Positions 42,720 to 53,914 of a stretch of DNA of 64,000 bases are shown here, in pieces. A program made the translations under genes and the position numbers. Each line of letters starts with the position of its first letter. Position 1 is the stretch's first letter. Location of the stretch: NCBI GenBank assembly GCA_043817315.1, contig JBDRGY010000003.1, positions 59,181 to 123,180 of the forward strand, written 5' to 3'. Source of the DNA: Patescibacteria group bacterium. GTDB taxonomy: Bacteria; Patescibacteriota; Patescibacteriia; JBDRGY01. The notes under the pieces are model-generated. The model saw only the letters and a list, made by a program, of their open reading frames with translations. It was not told the DNA's origin and did no database searches.

Positions 42720-45248
42720 TTATTTTGACAAAACCAATTTCTTTTTTTCCGTTTTAACTTTAACTGTTTGGCCGGATTTATATTTCCCGGTCAGCAAAGT
42801 TTCTGCTAAAGGATCTTCTATCCTTTCTTGAATCACTTTGCGAATAGCCCGGGCTCCCTGATCGGGACTGAAACCTTTGTCTGCGATCAGATCGATGGCT
42901 TTGGCGGTCAATTCGATTTTAATCTCTTGCTCTTTCAACCTAGATTGCAATTCTTTAATCTGCAGCTCAACTATCTTCCGGATACTGGCAATAGCCAGCG
43001 GTTTAAAAACTAATAATTTATCGATTCGATTAACAAATTCAGGTTTAAACTGTTTTCTTAATTCTTTGAGAACCCTTTCTTTAATTTCCCCGTATCTATC
43101 TGCGGCCTTTTTTTGTTGATCCTCGGACTCAGATTGAAAACCAAAAGCTGCTCCCTTATTTAATGAAGCCAGACCGATGTTGGAAGTCATTATAATGATG
43201 GTGTTCTTAAAATTGATTGTTTTGCCGATGGCGTCTGTCAGATGCCCGTCTTCTAATACCTGAAGCAGTAGGTTAAAAACTTCGGGATGGGCTTTTTCAA
43301 TTTCGTCGAACAAAACAACCGAATAAGGCTTCCTCTTGACCTGGTCAGTTAGCTTATTGGATTCTTTGTAGCCGACGTAGCCGGGAGGAGCGCCTATCAA
43401 TTTAGAGACGTTGAAACCTTCGCCAAATTCAGACATATCGATCCGAATCAGGGCAGCCGGATCTTCAAATACCACTTCGGCCAGCACTTTAGCCAGCTCA
43501 GTTTTTCCCACTCCTGAAGGGCCTAAAAATATAAATGAGCCCAAGGGTCGATTTGGCTGAGAAATTCCGGTTCGGGAACGGCGAATACTCGAGGCAATTG
43601 CTTCGATGGCCTCTTCTTGCCCAATTATCTTTTTGGCAATTTCTTTTTCCAGCCCCAGAAGCCTTTCTTTTTCTTCGACCACCAAATCATGTAAAGGTAT
43701 CTTAGTCATTTCAGAAATAACAGAAGCAATATCTTCTTTGGTAATCCGGCCAACATTCTTTTGTTGGGCCATGGCTTGTTTTTCTTTAAGCCTGGGAATC
43801 TTTTCCATGATCAGTTTCTCTTGTGATTTAATGGCAATAGCTCTTTTAAAGTCTTCAGAATCAACAGCTTTATGTTTCTGATGTCTTAGGTTTTTCAGTT
43901 CAGTTTCCAACGACTTAATTTTTTTGATAAAGCCATCTGATTTATTGGCCACTTTAATTTTGGAAGAAGCCTCGTCAATTAGGTCAATCGCTTTGTCCGG
44001 TAAAAATTTGTCTTGGATATAACGGGAAGAAAGAGTAACCGCTGCTTCAATGGCATCATCGGTAATGGTGACCCGGTGATATTTCTCATAGTTTTTTCTC
44101 ACTCCCTTTAACACTTCTTCTGTCTCTTCCTCGGTCGGCTCCTTAATATAGATTGCTTGAAATCTTCTTTCCAGGGCAGCATCAGATTCGAAGTGTTTTT
44201 TATATTCTTCAGGAGTAGTCGCCCCAATTACCCGGATCTGCCCTTTGGCCAAAGCGGGCTTTAGGATATTAGCGGCATCCATTGACCCCTGGGTGGAACC
44301 AGCTCCGATAATGGTGTGTAGTTCATCGATAAAGATAATAATATTGGGGTCGGCCTTAATCTCGTCAATAATCTGTTTGATACGGCTTTCAAATTCTCCC
44401 CGGTAGATAGTGCCGGCTACTACCAGAGACAAATCAAGACTAAATATTTTTTTATTGATCAAAACCTCAGGAACCTCTCCGGTGATAATCCTCTTGGCCA
44501 ATCCTTCAACAATAGCGGTTTTACCCACCCCGGCGTCTCCCAGCAATGCCGGATTGTTTTTGGTACGACGGGAAAGGATACTGATTAGTCGGGAAATTTC
44601 TTGATTACGGCCGATTACCGGGTCAATATTTTTTTGAATGATAGGGTCGGTTAGATTGGTGCAAAAAAATTCTAAAACCGAGGATTTAGTTTTCGTCATA
44701 GTAGGCATTCCAGGCGGAGCTGGTAATTCCTCACCGGATTCGCTTTTAATTCGGTCAAATAGATTTGTTAAATCTGGAAATTTTGAAGTACTGCGTAAAA
44801 CTAAGGTAATTTGCCGATCAAGATCGGGCTCTTTTATCTTGTTTTCCGTTAAAATGGCTTTTACCTCCAGATCGTCGTTTTCCAAAACTGCCTTGAGCAG
44901 ATGTTCGGTGCCCACATACTTATGCTTGTGCTGGCGGGCAATCATCACTGCTTTCTCAACTGCGGACTTGGCGTTTTTCGAGAGGACGGTCTTTTTTACC
45001 TTATTTTTCTCATCAAAACTGACATCGTTCTGCACTCTCAATTTTACCAGTTGGGATTTTAAGGTATCAGCAGCAAGTCCCAGCTTGGTTAATATCTCCG
45101 AGCCCAGACTGCCTTTCTGGGTTAACAGGCCGTAAACCAAATAAGAGTTAGAAACCTCTTTTTGATTCATTTCTTTGGCAAAGCAAAAGGCCTCATCAAT
45201 GGCTTTTTTCAGGTAGCTGGTAAATTTTTTGACGACGTTAGGCTGCAT
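42720..45248 (-). CDS. Clp/Hsp100-family AAA+ chaperone (ClpC/ClpB-like; two Clp_N repeats, two AAA modules, short middle domain)
   Basis: 842 aa. Walker A motifs GDAGVGKTAIVEGLA and GPSGVGKTELAKVLA. Coiled-coil linker of ~75 aa between D1 and D2, intermediate between ClpC and ClpB lengths. Confidence 0.85.
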   Translation of the reverse strand: MQPNVVKKFTSYLKKAIDEAFCFAKEMNQKEVSNSYLVYGLLTQKGSLGSEILTKLGLAADTLKSQLVKLRVQNDVSFDEKNKVKKTVLSKNAKSAVEKAVMIARQHKHKYVGTEHLLKAVLENDDLEVKAILTENKIKEPDLDRQITLVLRSTSKFPDLTNLFDRIKSESGEELPAPPGMPTMTKTKSSVLEFFCTNLTDPIIQKNIDPVIGRNQEISRLISILSRRTKNNPALLGDAGVGKTAIVEGLAKRIITGEVPEVLINKKIFSLDLSLVVAGTIYRGEFESRIKQIIDEIKADPNIIIFIDELHTIIGAGSTQGSMDAANILKPALAKGQIRVIGATTPEEYKKHFESDAALERRFQAIYIKEPTEEETEEVLKGVRKNYEKYHRVTITDDAIEAAVTLSSRYIQDKFLPDKAIDLIDEASSKIKVANKSDGFIKKIKSLETELKNLRHQKHKAVDSEDFKRAIAIKSQEKLIMEKIPRLKEKQAMAQQKNVGRITKEDIASVISEMTKIPLHDLVVEEKERLLGLEKEIAKKIIGQEEAIEAIASSIRRSRTGISQPNRPLGSFIFLGPSGVGKTELAKVLAEVVFEDPAALIRIDMSEFGEGFNVSKLIGAPPGYVGYKESNKLTDQVKRKPYSVVLFDEIEKAHPEVFNLLLQVLEDGHLTDAIGKTINFKNTIIIMTSNIGLASLNKGAAFGFQSESEDQQKKAADRYGEIKERVLKELRKQFKPEFVNRIDKLLVFKPLAIASIRKIVELQIKELQSRLKEQEIKIELTAKAIDLIADKGFSPDQGARAIRKVIQERIEDPLAETLLTGKYKSGQTVKVKTEKKKLVLSK

Positions 45249-46134
45249 GACCAGTCATAGCTCTTAATTTTTTAACTCTTTCTTGAACCGGCGGGTGGGT
45301 CTGAAAAAGATTAGTAACTCCCTTGGTTACCCCGCCGAATGGGTTAGTGATATAGAGATGGGCGGTAGCGGGACTAGCCTTCCTTAGGGGTCTATCTTGT
45401 TGGGCTAGTTTTTCCAAGGCACTGGCCAAGCCATCGGGATAGCGGGTCAGCAGGGCCCCGGAAGCATCAGCCAGATACTCGCGACGGCGCGAGACGGCAA
45501 ACTTGATTAGATTGGCTACGATAGGGGACAGTATTAAAGCCAGAATTCCCACAATAGCGATTATGGCTCCGGCCTGCCCACCACCGCGACGGCGTCCCCC
45601 TCTCAAGAATCGGGTTCTCCAAAAAATGTGGGTAACCATAGCCACTGTGCCCACCAGCACAACCACAACAGTCATTAGTCGGATGTCATAGTTTTTGACG
45701 TGAGACAGCTCATGGGCAATAACTCCTTCCAATTCCTCATTTTCCAGTTTTTCAATAATGCCCCTGGTCAGAGCAACGGAGGCGTGTTCTGGATCCCGAC
45801 CCGTGGCAAAAGCATTCATGGCGCCATCTTCGATGATGTAGACTTTTGGTAAAGGTAAACCGGCGGTGATGCAGAGATTTTCCACCATACGATAGACATA
45901 GGGGTTGTCTTTTTTGGCAATTGGTTTGGCTCCAGCAATGCCCAGGGCAATACTATCACCTTTGTAGTAGCTTATTAGGGTCATAATCAAGGCGATTATC
46001 CCGGCCAAGATTAACCCTCCATAGCCAGTTCCTTGCCATTGGCCCAGAATCCAACCTAAAAACAGGACAAAAACCACAAAGATGAAAATTAATAGCCAAG
46101 TTCGGCGCTTGTTGGAATCGATTTGTTGGTACAT
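45238..46134 (-). CDS. htpX: Zinc metalloprotease HtpX (M48 family)
   Basis: HELSHVKNYD HExxH motif in a 4-TM context. N-terminal TM pair. Typical HtpX length (298 aa). Confidence 0.85.
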   Translation of the reverse strand: MYQQIDSNKRRTWLLIFIFVVFVLFLGWILGQWQGTGYGGLILAGIIALIMTLISYYKGDSIALGIAGAKPIAKKDNPYVYRMVENLCITAGLPLPKVYIIEDGAMNAFATGRDPEHASVALTRGIIEKLENEELEGVIAHELSHVKNYDIRLMTVVVVLVGTVAMVTHIFWRTRFLRGGRRRGGGQAGAIIAIVGILALILSPIVANLIKFAVSRRREYLADASGALLTRYPDGLASALEKLAQQDRPLRKASPATAHLYITNPFGGVTKGVTNLFQTHPPVQERVKKLRAMTGHAA

Positions 46135-46194
46135 ATTGTTTGAAAACGAACGGCACTAACCTTAGTGCCGTCGTTTTTAAAACTTTTAGTTTTT

Positions 46195-46749
46195 TTAGAA
46201 CTGAACCTTAACTGGTTCCTTTTCCCCTTCTCCGATTTCGAAAAATTCATACTTTTTGAAACCCAGCATGCCGGCGATCAGATTATTGGGGAACACCTGA
46301 ATTTTGGTGTTGAAGTCGCGGACGTTGCCGTTATAGAACCTTCGGGCAGCCTGGATTTTGTTTTCAGTATCAGACAATTCATCTTGGAGTTTCAGGAAGT
46401 TCTGGTTGGCCTTGAGGTCCGGATAATTCTCGGCGACGGCAAATAGTGTTTTTAATGTGCCGGCTAGCATATTTTCTGCCTTACCTTTCTCAGCTACACC
46501 CTTGGCTCCCATGGCCGTTGTCCTAGCTTTGGTGACATTTTCGAAGAGCTCCTTCTCGTGTTTGGCATAGCCCCTGACTGTCTCTACCAGGTTAGGAATC
46601 AAATCATACCTTCTTTTCAACTGGACATCGATGTCTGACCAGGCTTCATCAGTGCGATTGCGCAACCGGATTAACCCGTTGTAGACTCCGATCAGCCAGA
46701 AGATAATGACGGCCACTGCGGCAATGAGTACCCATAACAATGTGCTCAT
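46195..46749 (-). CDS. lemA: LemA-family protein
   Basis: N-terminal TM then GLIRLRNRTDEAWSDIDVQLKRRYDLIPNLVETV, the LemA signature. Confidence 0.8.
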   Translation of the reverse strand: MSTLLWVLIAAVAVIIFWLIGVYNGLIRLRNRTDEAWSDIDVQLKRRYDLIPNLVETVRGYAKHEKELFENVTKARTTAMGAKGVAEKGKAENMLAGTLKTLFAVAENYPDLKANQNFLKLQDELSDTENKIQAARRFYNGNVRDFNTKIQVFPNNLIAGMLGFKKYEFFEIGEGEKEPVKVQF

Positions 46750-46772
46750 ATTTTTTCCTCTTTACTTAATTT

Positions 46773-47231
46773 TTAGTTACTAATAGATAAAACTATTTGA
46801 TTGGCTGTGAAACTGGTCTTGTTTTTGATGTTACTGTCCGATACAACCGTAATCATATCGCCAATTTGCAAATCAGCCAAGCCGATCTCTGTGTCTTCTG
46901 CTTCGGCATTGGCGGAAAGAAATTGAGTATCTTCATTTACCGAGGTGGTATATAGGGTCACTTTGCCTGATTGGGAGACAGCTATTTCTATCTGGCTGTT
47001 GGTAATTCGGTTGATTCTTCCATACCGTGAGTATACTGTGTCACTGGTTGGTAGGGCCAGTGGGTTACTATTAACCTTTTGGCTGTTAGAATTTTGATTA
47101 TCACTTTGCCAGTCAATACTGAGGTTTAAGATGCCAATAATGATCATCAAACAGGCAATGATAATGACGGCCAGTATCAATTTTTGACTATTTTTGTTAA
47201 ATAAAGTTTTTGCTTGATTTTTGTTTGACAT
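46773..47231 (-). CDS. Hypothetical membrane-anchored protein (152 aa)
   Basis: N-terminal TM (LILAVIIIACLMIIIGILNL) and a small beta-rich ectodomain. Directly downstream of lemA on the minus strand. Confidence 0.35.
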   Translation of the reverse strand: MSNKNQAKTLFNKNSQKLILAVIIIACLMIIIGILNLSIDWQSDNQNSNSQKVNSNPLALPTSDTVYSRYGRINRITNSQIEIAVSQSGKVTLYTTSVNEDTQFLSANAEAEDTEIGLADLQIGDMITVVSDSNIKNKTSFTANQIVLSISN

Positions 47232-47266
47232 ATCGATGCTTTTGTGTTAAAATTCAGGAACTCAAT

Positions 47267-47295
47267 ATTGTTATAGCTTAGTAGTTATTATATAA
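47267..47295 (+). promoter_or_regulatory. Sigma70-like promoter TTGTTA-N17-TATAAT upstream of the giant-protein array
   Basis: TTGTTA 47267-47272, TATAAT 47290-47295. Lies in the divergent intergenic region ~50 nt upstream of ATG 47346. Confidence 0.4.
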
Positions 47296-47345
47296 TTAAT
47301 CAAGTCAGAGTGTCAAAAACTCCTGATTATTGTGATTAATATAGA

Positions 47346-49121
47346 ATGAAGAGAGAGCGCAATCAAAAAGCAATATCGCCGAAAGCGATTGGCTTATTAA
47401 AAACAGCCTCCTTATCAGTTTTTGTGGCTGTTTTTTTGTTTATTGCCCTGGGCTTTGTCAGTGAAGTTTTTTCCAGTGATTGGACCCAACCGGACTTGGA
47501 AGATGTGGCTCCTAAAACCTCAGTTTCAGAACCACCTATCAATTTGGGGCCCAACCAGCAAGAGAAAAAGGGCGGATTAATCATCGGGGGATTACACACT
47601 GAATACTGGATTGATATTTCTTCGGGCAACCTGTCGGTTAATACCGGTAATGTATATATAGACAATGATTTGCGAATTCTTAATGCCCCCAACACATTAT
47701 TTTTAGCTGATTCCGGCCTTGATTCGGTTTTGATAAATTCAGAAGGCCTGGATGATGATAATGAATTACAAATTGAAGGCCGGGTCCATTTTGTTAACAA
47801 TAGCCCAGCCAGCGGTCAAGCTACAGTGACGGCAATAACTGGCTCTGACCAGCCAGCTTTTATTGGCAGGGCTTTGCAGGAATCTTTTGGCATACGCGCC
47901 AAAAATGCTGACGGGGCCGGAATCTCTGTTAAAGGAGTGGCTGGCAATGCAGCGGGCGGTCAGACCACTTTTGGAGTTATGGGATTAGCCGGTGATCGGC
48001 TTAACGGAACAGGCGACCCCTACTCTGGTTATTTGAGAGGTATGGTCAATTTTGGGGCAGCCCTGGGGAATCCTCCATTTTATACTAACTCGGATGTTTT
48101 GGTCACCAACTTAAACGTTGACTGGTTAGGCAGCAGCGATTCTTCCGACTTTATGACCGGATCCAGTGTGGCCTCTCAATATATTGAGATTCAGGACTTG
48201 ACTGAACCTCAGCTACAGGAGGGTGCTTTTAAGGTAGCGGGCCAGCAGAGGTTCGACAGTGGCCTGGAAGTCTCCAGTGATAACATTGCTGTCCCGGCTC
48301 TTTATCTGGCCCAACAAGGAGATGACAGCCGGGCTTTATATATCGAAGGTGGAAGCACTTCCCAAGTCGGAGAAACATATTATGGACTGTATAGTTTGGC
48401 AGGTGCAGGCGCTGGCACCAGCTATGCCGCCTATTTCACTGGGACAATACCGATTACTGAAATGGCAGACAGCCCCCTGGTAATCAATTCACGATCAGTG
48501 GCTGAAAATCTTGATGCAGATTTATTGGAAGATCAGCAAGCCTCTCAATTTTTGCAATTGGATGATGTGGCCGCTGGCATTACCCATCTTGACGAGGCTT
48601 TTGTTCGTCTACAGGGGTCGGCCCCCGGATTTTCCCAAACTGGCTACCTAAACCTAGATGGTTATTCGGAAATCGGAAGCGGATTAGTCAGCGCCAAGAT
48701 TACTGTCATCAATAGTACGGCAACGGGTAGCGGTCTCAGACTGGAAGGAGGCTCTCTCAATGACAATATGGCTCTTTATGCCGCCTCAGGACTGGCCAAT
48801 AGTTGGGCGGGCTATTTTGAAGGTGATGTAAAGGTAGACGGCCATGATCTATATATCGAGGACTATCTGGAATTAGATGCCAGTGGTGAGGCAGCCGGAA
48901 GCGGCACTATTACTGACGGGGAACTTAATACAGACATTACCAGCAGTTTCTATAATATGAGTAACAGTTACATTTTTCTGACAATTACAGATTATGGAAA
49001 TAATAATCCCTTTACCCTGAAGGTAACCAAGAATGCAGGAAGTTTCCGGGTATCTCTTTACCCCACCATGATGTCTGACGGGAACGTTACCTTTAATTAT
49101 TTTATAGTCAACAAAGAATAG
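47346..49121 (+). CDS. Secreted/anchored surface protein, member 1 of a 4-gene paralogous family (591 aa)
   Basis: N-terminal TM anchor then SDWTQPDLEDVAPK (W-x-x-P ... P motif shared with the three downstream genes). Shared motifs YAAYFTGTI, WAGYFEGDVKV, NLNVDWLGSSDSSDF. C-terminal module ends ...NVTFNYFIVNKE, as in the next two genes. Confidence 0.5.
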   Translation: MKRERNQKAISPKAIGLLKTASLSVFVAVFLFIALGFVSEVFSSDWTQPDLEDVAPKTSVSEPPINLGPNQQEKKGGLIIGGLHTEYWIDISSGNLSVNTGNVYIDNDLRILNAPNTLFLADSGLDSVLINSEGLDDDNELQIEGRVHFVNNSPASGQATVTAITGSDQPAFIGRALQESFGIRAKNADGAGISVKGVAGNAAGGQTTFGVMGLAGDRLNGTGDPYSGYLRGMVNFGAALGNPPFYTNSDVLVTNLNVDWLGSSDSSDFMTGSSVASQYIEIQDLTEPQLQEGAFKVAGQQRFDSGLEVSSDNIAVPALYLAQQGDDSRALYIEGGSTSQVGETYYGLYSLAGAGAGTSYAAYFTGTIPITEMADSPLVINSRSVAENLDADLLEDQQASQFLQLDDVAAGITHLDEAFVRLQGSAPGFSQTGYLNLDGYSEIGSGLVSAKITVINSTATGSGLRLEGGSLNDNMALYAASGLANSWAGYFEGDVKVDGHDLYIEDYLELDASGEAAGSGTITDGELNTDITSSFYNMSNSYIFLTITDYGNNNPFTLKVTKNAGSFRVSLYPTMMSDGNVTFNYFIVNKE

Positions 49122-52100
49122 ATGATGGTTTTTAGACGACAATTATTTCAGTCCGGCAAGAAACTAACTTTTCCAGTGAAAGTCTGTTTGTTTATTGCGT
49201 CATTACTATTAGTTGTAGGGGTGTTAAAAGTGGGCCAGGCGGCTTGGCAGGAACCAAGTGATGAACCAACAGGCGGAGGGATCTATTCGCCGCCGATTAC
49301 TACCTCTGCTACTGAACAGACCAAGGCTGGTGGTTTAGAGGTAGTCGGCAGTGATACCGATGGCTCTCTAGAAACCAAGGCGGGCCTGGAAGTGGCATCC
49401 GGCAATTTATTTATTGATAATGATCTGAATGTGGCCAACGGCGATTTAACAGTTGGCAGCGATGCCTTGTTTATAGATGCCAGTGCCAGAAGGGTGGCCA
49501 TCAATGATGCTACAGGTGAATCTAGCACCTCATTATGGGTAAGTGGCCGAGGCCATTTTGTCAGCAGCGGTCAGGCCTCAAGCGGTGGCATAGAGGACAG
49601 AGCTTTAGTGGCTGAGTATCTGGATTCAAATTATGATTCCAACACCAAAGAAGAAACGGTTTATATCGAAAACGATTCGGCTACCGACCCGGCGGTTTTG
49701 GGTACCAGCCTTTCGACCAGTGGGGGCGGGGGAGTGTTAGGCAAAGGAGGCGATTTGGATGCAGCCGGGGAGTCTTCCTACGCGATTTTAGCGGATTCAG
49801 GCAGCGGCCAAGGTGAAAATTACGCGGCTGAATTTAGCGACGTTGTCGCAGTTGATAACTTTCGTTTTTATTTGACTGATGACCTGGATATTGCCCGCTA
49901 CGATCATACCGCCACTTTATTGAATGACGGACGTGTCTTGATCACCGGCGGCTGGACCGGAGCCAATTTTACTGATCCTACAGAAACCGCCGAGATTTAC
50001 AATCCGGCCACTGGTCAATTTATCCCGACTACTACAGATATGACTTCGCCCCGGGCTAACCATTATGCCACTTTATTAGCTGATGGCCGGGTCTTAATAT
50101 CCGGCGGTTATGACGCTGACAATAAAAACAGCTTTATTAACACCGGAGAATATTTTGATCCGGATGATAACAGTTTTACGCCCCTGGGCTTTAACTTATC
50201 CAGTATGGCAGAGGGTACAGCTACCCTGTTATCTGATGGCCGCATTGCCTTTATTGGAGGGGCCTGGGGTACTGGTTCTGGTGATGTTTATAATGACGCC
50301 TATCTATGTGACTTAGTTAATGAAAGTTGCGTGATTGGTCCTGGTAGCGGCCTCAGCGATGGCAAAAAGAATCATACAAGCACTCTATATAAATCAGAGG
50401 CCGGTACTGATTATATCCTGGTAGCCGGAGGTGAATCTGGTTCTGTTCATGCCTCAGCCGATATTTATCGAGTCGGGAGCATAAATCAGACTACCTCTTT
50501 GGGTAATATGCCCGGGGGTCGGACGAGACACACCGCCACCCTCTTGGAAAATGGCAAAGTGCTGTTAGCTGGCGGCCGTGACTTAGCAGATAATCGGGGA
50601 AATAACGGTTACCTATTTGACCCGAGTGGTCCCAATATCACCGACATAGGAGATACGATGCAAAATGGACGGTACGCTCACGATGCGGTGACACTGGAAA
50701 GCGGTCTAGTTCTTATTAGTGGTGGTTCTGTTACAGGCAAAGGAATGGACGTTTATGATTATGTCAGTAACAGTTTTATAGATCCACTAGATGACGCTAA
50801 TGACCAAGTGTTGATAGCTCAGCTAACTACCCCCGAGTTCAACCCCCCGCAACTTAATGTAATCCGCCAAGGACACACCATGACTCTTTTACTCAACGGG
50901 CGTACTTTAATCGTCGGAGGTATAGACCCCAACACTACTCTTGTGTCTGCAACGGAGATTACCGAAGCAGCCCTGCAAGTCGGCTGGAGCAGCCAGATCA
51001 CTAATTTGAAGGCTGAATTTTTAGACGGTCACCGGGAAGATGAATTTGTGACTGATGATAATTTTGCCGCTCTTTTCGGTAACGTATTGGAAAATCAAAC
51101 GGCCGCAGACCAGAAATTAAACTTTTATCTTTCGGGACAGGGAATATTTGAAGGAGGGTTGGAATCTGATCTAAATGTAGATGACTTATACGCCATGACG
51201 GCGACCAATAATTCAGATTCAGGAGGTTACGGAGTTAAGGTACAAGCTGCTGACGCTGATTCTGATGAAACTACTTACGGGGTGTATGGCACTGCGGTAT
51301 CCGGCGCCAATACGGCCCGGGCTGCTTACTTCGAGGGCCGAGTTCAGATAGAAACGGATAAAATCAAAGAAGGCTCTTTTATCAACGCCGGTAATTTTGA
51401 CTACTCCATATCAGGACAGGCCGGAACAGCTTTGGCCAACGGTCAAGTATTTATGGCGGGGGGAGATAGGGGCAACGGCGCAGATAATGATTTTGTCAAC
51501 GATTCTTATGCCTACGATCCTTCGTCGGGAAGTATATCTTCTCAGCTGGCCATGCCAACTGCCAGAACCGGACATCAAGTTACTAATATCGGCAATGGTA
51601 AATGGTGGAATCCCTTTTATCAATATCGACGCCAAATTGAAATAAGTGCTGTAACCGATGATGTACCAGCCGGGCACGGTGTCTATATAGATACAGACGT
51701 GGAAGCTCTGGTCGCAGAAGGTAAGGTCAGATCCGATTATAAGGACTGGCGTGTCGTCTACTGGGACGGTGATGGTTGGGAAGATATTGGACGGGATTAT
51801 CTGGGACATCGGGTATCCAGCCAGACCTGGTTTACAGTACAAGAGGTAATTGCCTCCGGTTCCTCGGATGACAATTATTATATTTATTACGGGAATAGCG
51901 AGGAAACAACTGAATCAGGTACTTCCGGGGCTGTTGTTAGCTTCGATGATTATACCCTGGCCAGCTACGGTTCGCTGGACATAGATGTTGATCAATATGA
52001 AGTTTTGGATTCCGGCTATACTTTAAAACTGTGGGGTAATAATTGGAAAGTAGTAAATTATTTTTCCGATACCTCTGACAGTGAATTAAACTTAGATTTC

Positions 52101-53906
52101 AAAAGCGTTACCACCCAAGGAGAAAAGAACGGAATTGGCTTTGATAGTGACATGAGCAACGCGGTAGGGGACTGGGACAATTATTATCAGCTTTTCGGTA
52201 CTGATGCAGCTGACGGAAATATTGCCGCTCCCTACTATTCGGGTAGCGGTAATTATGAAAATTTTCAAGTCGACTTAAATTCAGGTGTTTTCAATTATCT
52301 TCATCTGGCAAATAATAATGATGGCAGCGGGGAGGCGGAAATTTATTATTCCAACGTTAAAGTATTTCCTGCGGTAACCAATGAACCTTCAGTCTCTGTC
52401 CAGTCTGAAGAAACTAGATTAGCCAATTATGCCCTGGTTACTGGCGGTTATGCCAGTTCAGACGGTGAGGCTATTGATTCCGCTGAGGAGTGGCGAACGG
52501 TATCTTGGCCCTCTTACAGTATGATTTTACCCAGAACTAACCATACTGCCACCTTGTTGCTTAACGGAGAGATTTTTGTAGCTGGTGGCTTCGATAACAG
52601 TCTTGGGGGCGATGTTGTAACCAACACCGAATTATTTAAATCCGGTTCTTTCTCCGCCGGACCAGCAATGCCTTCGGGCCAGGCCAGGGGCAATCATACA
52701 GCTACCCTATTAAAAGACGGACGGGTCTTTATAGTAGGGGGCAGTTCAAGCCCAACTTCAGGATATCTATCAAAAGGTTTGATTTACAATTCCCAAACCG
52801 AATTGATAACAGAGACCAATTCATCTTTTAATTTGATGGTAGACCATTCGACCATCCTGTTGCCTAGCGGCCAAATTTTGGTAGCTGGAGGTTGTTATGA
52901 GGGCGATGCTTGGGCTGATGCTGTGCTTTATGATCCGGACACTGATGCCGCTACAGCCCTGCCTGATTTAAATACAGCTCGTTGTGGACACTCTGCCTCT
53001 TTATTGCCGGGCGGACGGGTACTTCTAGCGGGCGGACGGGATGGAAGCAATTACTTGTCAAGTTACGAAATTTACGATCCCCATATTGGCGATGATGGCG
53101 GTTTTGTTCAGTACGATTCGCCGTTTGCTCTGGACGAGAACAGGGCGGATGCTTTATCCGTAGGACTAGATACCGGCCAGGTAGTCTTGTCAGGCGGAGT
53201 CAATGAATTCGACAAATTAAATACAGTAAAAGTGTTTGACCCATACCAGCCCCCGTTCAAAACGAAGACAGGTGCTCAGAGAACGGCCAATTTAAATGCT
53301 TCTTATCTGGACGGCTATGCGGCCAGCGCTATCGCTGACAGTTCAGCCGATTTAACTGAATATTTAACCGTTCAGGAAGACCTAACCAGTCCGCAGACCG
53401 GCACTGAGGGAATTGTTATTTCTGGCAGCCTATACGCTGATCAAGAAATTGAGGTGGAGCAATCAGCAGGTAGTGGCGTGGCTGTTTTGAGCCAAGCTGG
53501 TCTTGGCAGTTATGGTTTATACGCCCAAGGAGAAGCAGTAGCCGGCTCCAAAGCAATCTGGGCTACCAATGCCACTGCTTGGGCCGGATATTTTGAACGA
53601 ATCTCCGGCTATACTACCAAGACCCAAATTACAGGAAACCTATCTCTGGCCAACGGAGTAACTCACCAATCAGGCGGAGCAGCCAGTCGATCCTATATTG
53701 CAGCCGGTATCAGCTCCCGTTCAGTTACCAATCCCCGAGTTTCTCCATCCAGCATAGTGCTTGTTACCATGACTGACAGCGGAGGGGCCTCACAGTATTT
53801 CTCTTTAGAGGTTATCAATAAAGGAAGCAGCTCCTTCACGGTTAGGATGGATCCGGCTGTATCACACGGTTCACCGGTTTGGTTTGATTATTTGATTATC
53901 AATTAA
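49122..53906 (+). CDS. Giant (1594 aa) surface protein with Kelch/galactose-oxidase-like beta-propeller repeats (family member 2)
   Basis: More than 12 repeats of R-x-x-H-T/Y-A-T-L-L-x-D/N-G-R/K-V-L-I/L-x-GG (HTATLLNDGRVLITGGW, HYATLLADGRVLISGGY, HTATLLENGKVLLAGGR ...). N-terminal anchor and AWQEPSDEPTGGGIYSPP. C-terminal ...PVWFDYLIIN. Start adjoins the previous stop with no gap. Confidence 0.6.
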   Translation: MMVFRRQLFQSGKKLTFPVKVCLFIASLLLVVGVLKVGQAAWQEPSDEPTGGGIYSPPITTSATEQTKAGGLEVVGSDTDGSLETKAGLEVASGNLFIDNDLNVANGDLTVGSDALFIDASARRVAINDATGESSTSLWVSGRGHFVSSGQASSGGIEDRALVAEYLDSNYDSNTKEETVYIENDSATDPAVLGTSLSTSGGGGVLGKGGDLDAAGESSYAILADSGSGQGENYAAEFSDVVAVDNFRFYLTDDLDIARYDHTATLLNDGRVLITGGWTGANFTDPTETAEIYNPATGQFIPTTTDMTSPRANHYATLLADGRVLISGGYDADNKNSFINTGEYFDPDDNSFTPLGFNLSSMAEGTATLLSDGRIAFIGGAWGTGSGDVYNDAYLCDLVNESCVIGPGSGLSDGKKNHTSTLYKSEAGTDYILVAGGESGSVHASADIYRVGSINQTTSLGNMPGGRTRHTATLLENGKVLLAGGRDLADNRGNNGYLFDPSGPNITDIGDTMQNGRYAHDAVTLESGLVLISGGSVTGKGMDVYDYVSNSFIDPLDDANDQVLIAQLTTPEFNPPQLNVIRQGHTMTLLLNGRTLIVGGIDPNTTLVSATEITEAALQVGWSSQITNLKAEFLDGHREDEFVTDDNFAALFGNVLENQTAADQKLNFYLSGQGIFEGGLESDLNVDDLYAMTATNNSDSGGYGVKVQAADADSDETTYGVYGTAVSGANTARAAYFEGRVQIETDKIKEGSFINAGNFDYSISGQAGTALANGQVFMAGGDRGNGADNDFVNDSYAYDPSSGSISSQLAMPTARTGHQVTNIGNGKWWNPFYQYRRQIEISAVTDDVPAGHGVYIDTDVEALVAEGKVRSDYKDWRVVYWDGDGWEDIGRDYLGHRVSSQTWFTVQEVIASGSSDDNYYIYYGNSEETTESGTSGAVVSFDDYTLASYGSLDIDVDQYEVLDSGYTLKLWGNNWKVVNYFSDTSDSELNLDFKSVTTQGEKNGIGFDSDMSNAVGDWDNYYQLFGTDAADGNIAAPYYSGSGNYENFQVDLNSGVFNYLHLANNNDGSGEAEIYYSNVKVFPAVTNEPSVSVQSEETRLANYALVTGGYASSDGEAIDSAEEWRTVSWPSYSMILPRTNHTATLLLNGEIFVAGGFDNSLGGDVVTNTELFKSGSFSAGPAMPSGQARGNHTATLLKDGRVFIVGGSSSPTSGYLSKGLIYNSQTELITETNSSFNLMVDHSTILLPSGQILVAGGCYEGDAWADAVLYDPDTDAATALPDLNTARCGHSASLLPGGRVLLAGGRDGSNYLSSYEIYDPHIGDDGGFVQYDSPFALDENRADALSVGLDTGQVVLSGGVNEFDKLNTVKVFDPYQPPFKTKTGAQRTANLNASYLDGYAASAIADSSADLTEYLTVQEDLTSPQTGTEGIVISGSLYADQEIEVEQSAGSGVAVLSQAGLGSYGLYAQGEAVAGSKAIWATNATAWAGYFERISGYTTKTQITGNLSLANGVTHQSGGAASRSYIAAGISSRSVTNPRVSPSSIVLVTMTDSGGASQYFSLEVINKGSSSFTVRMDPAVSHGSPVWFDYLIIN

Positions 53907-53914
53907 GTATAGTA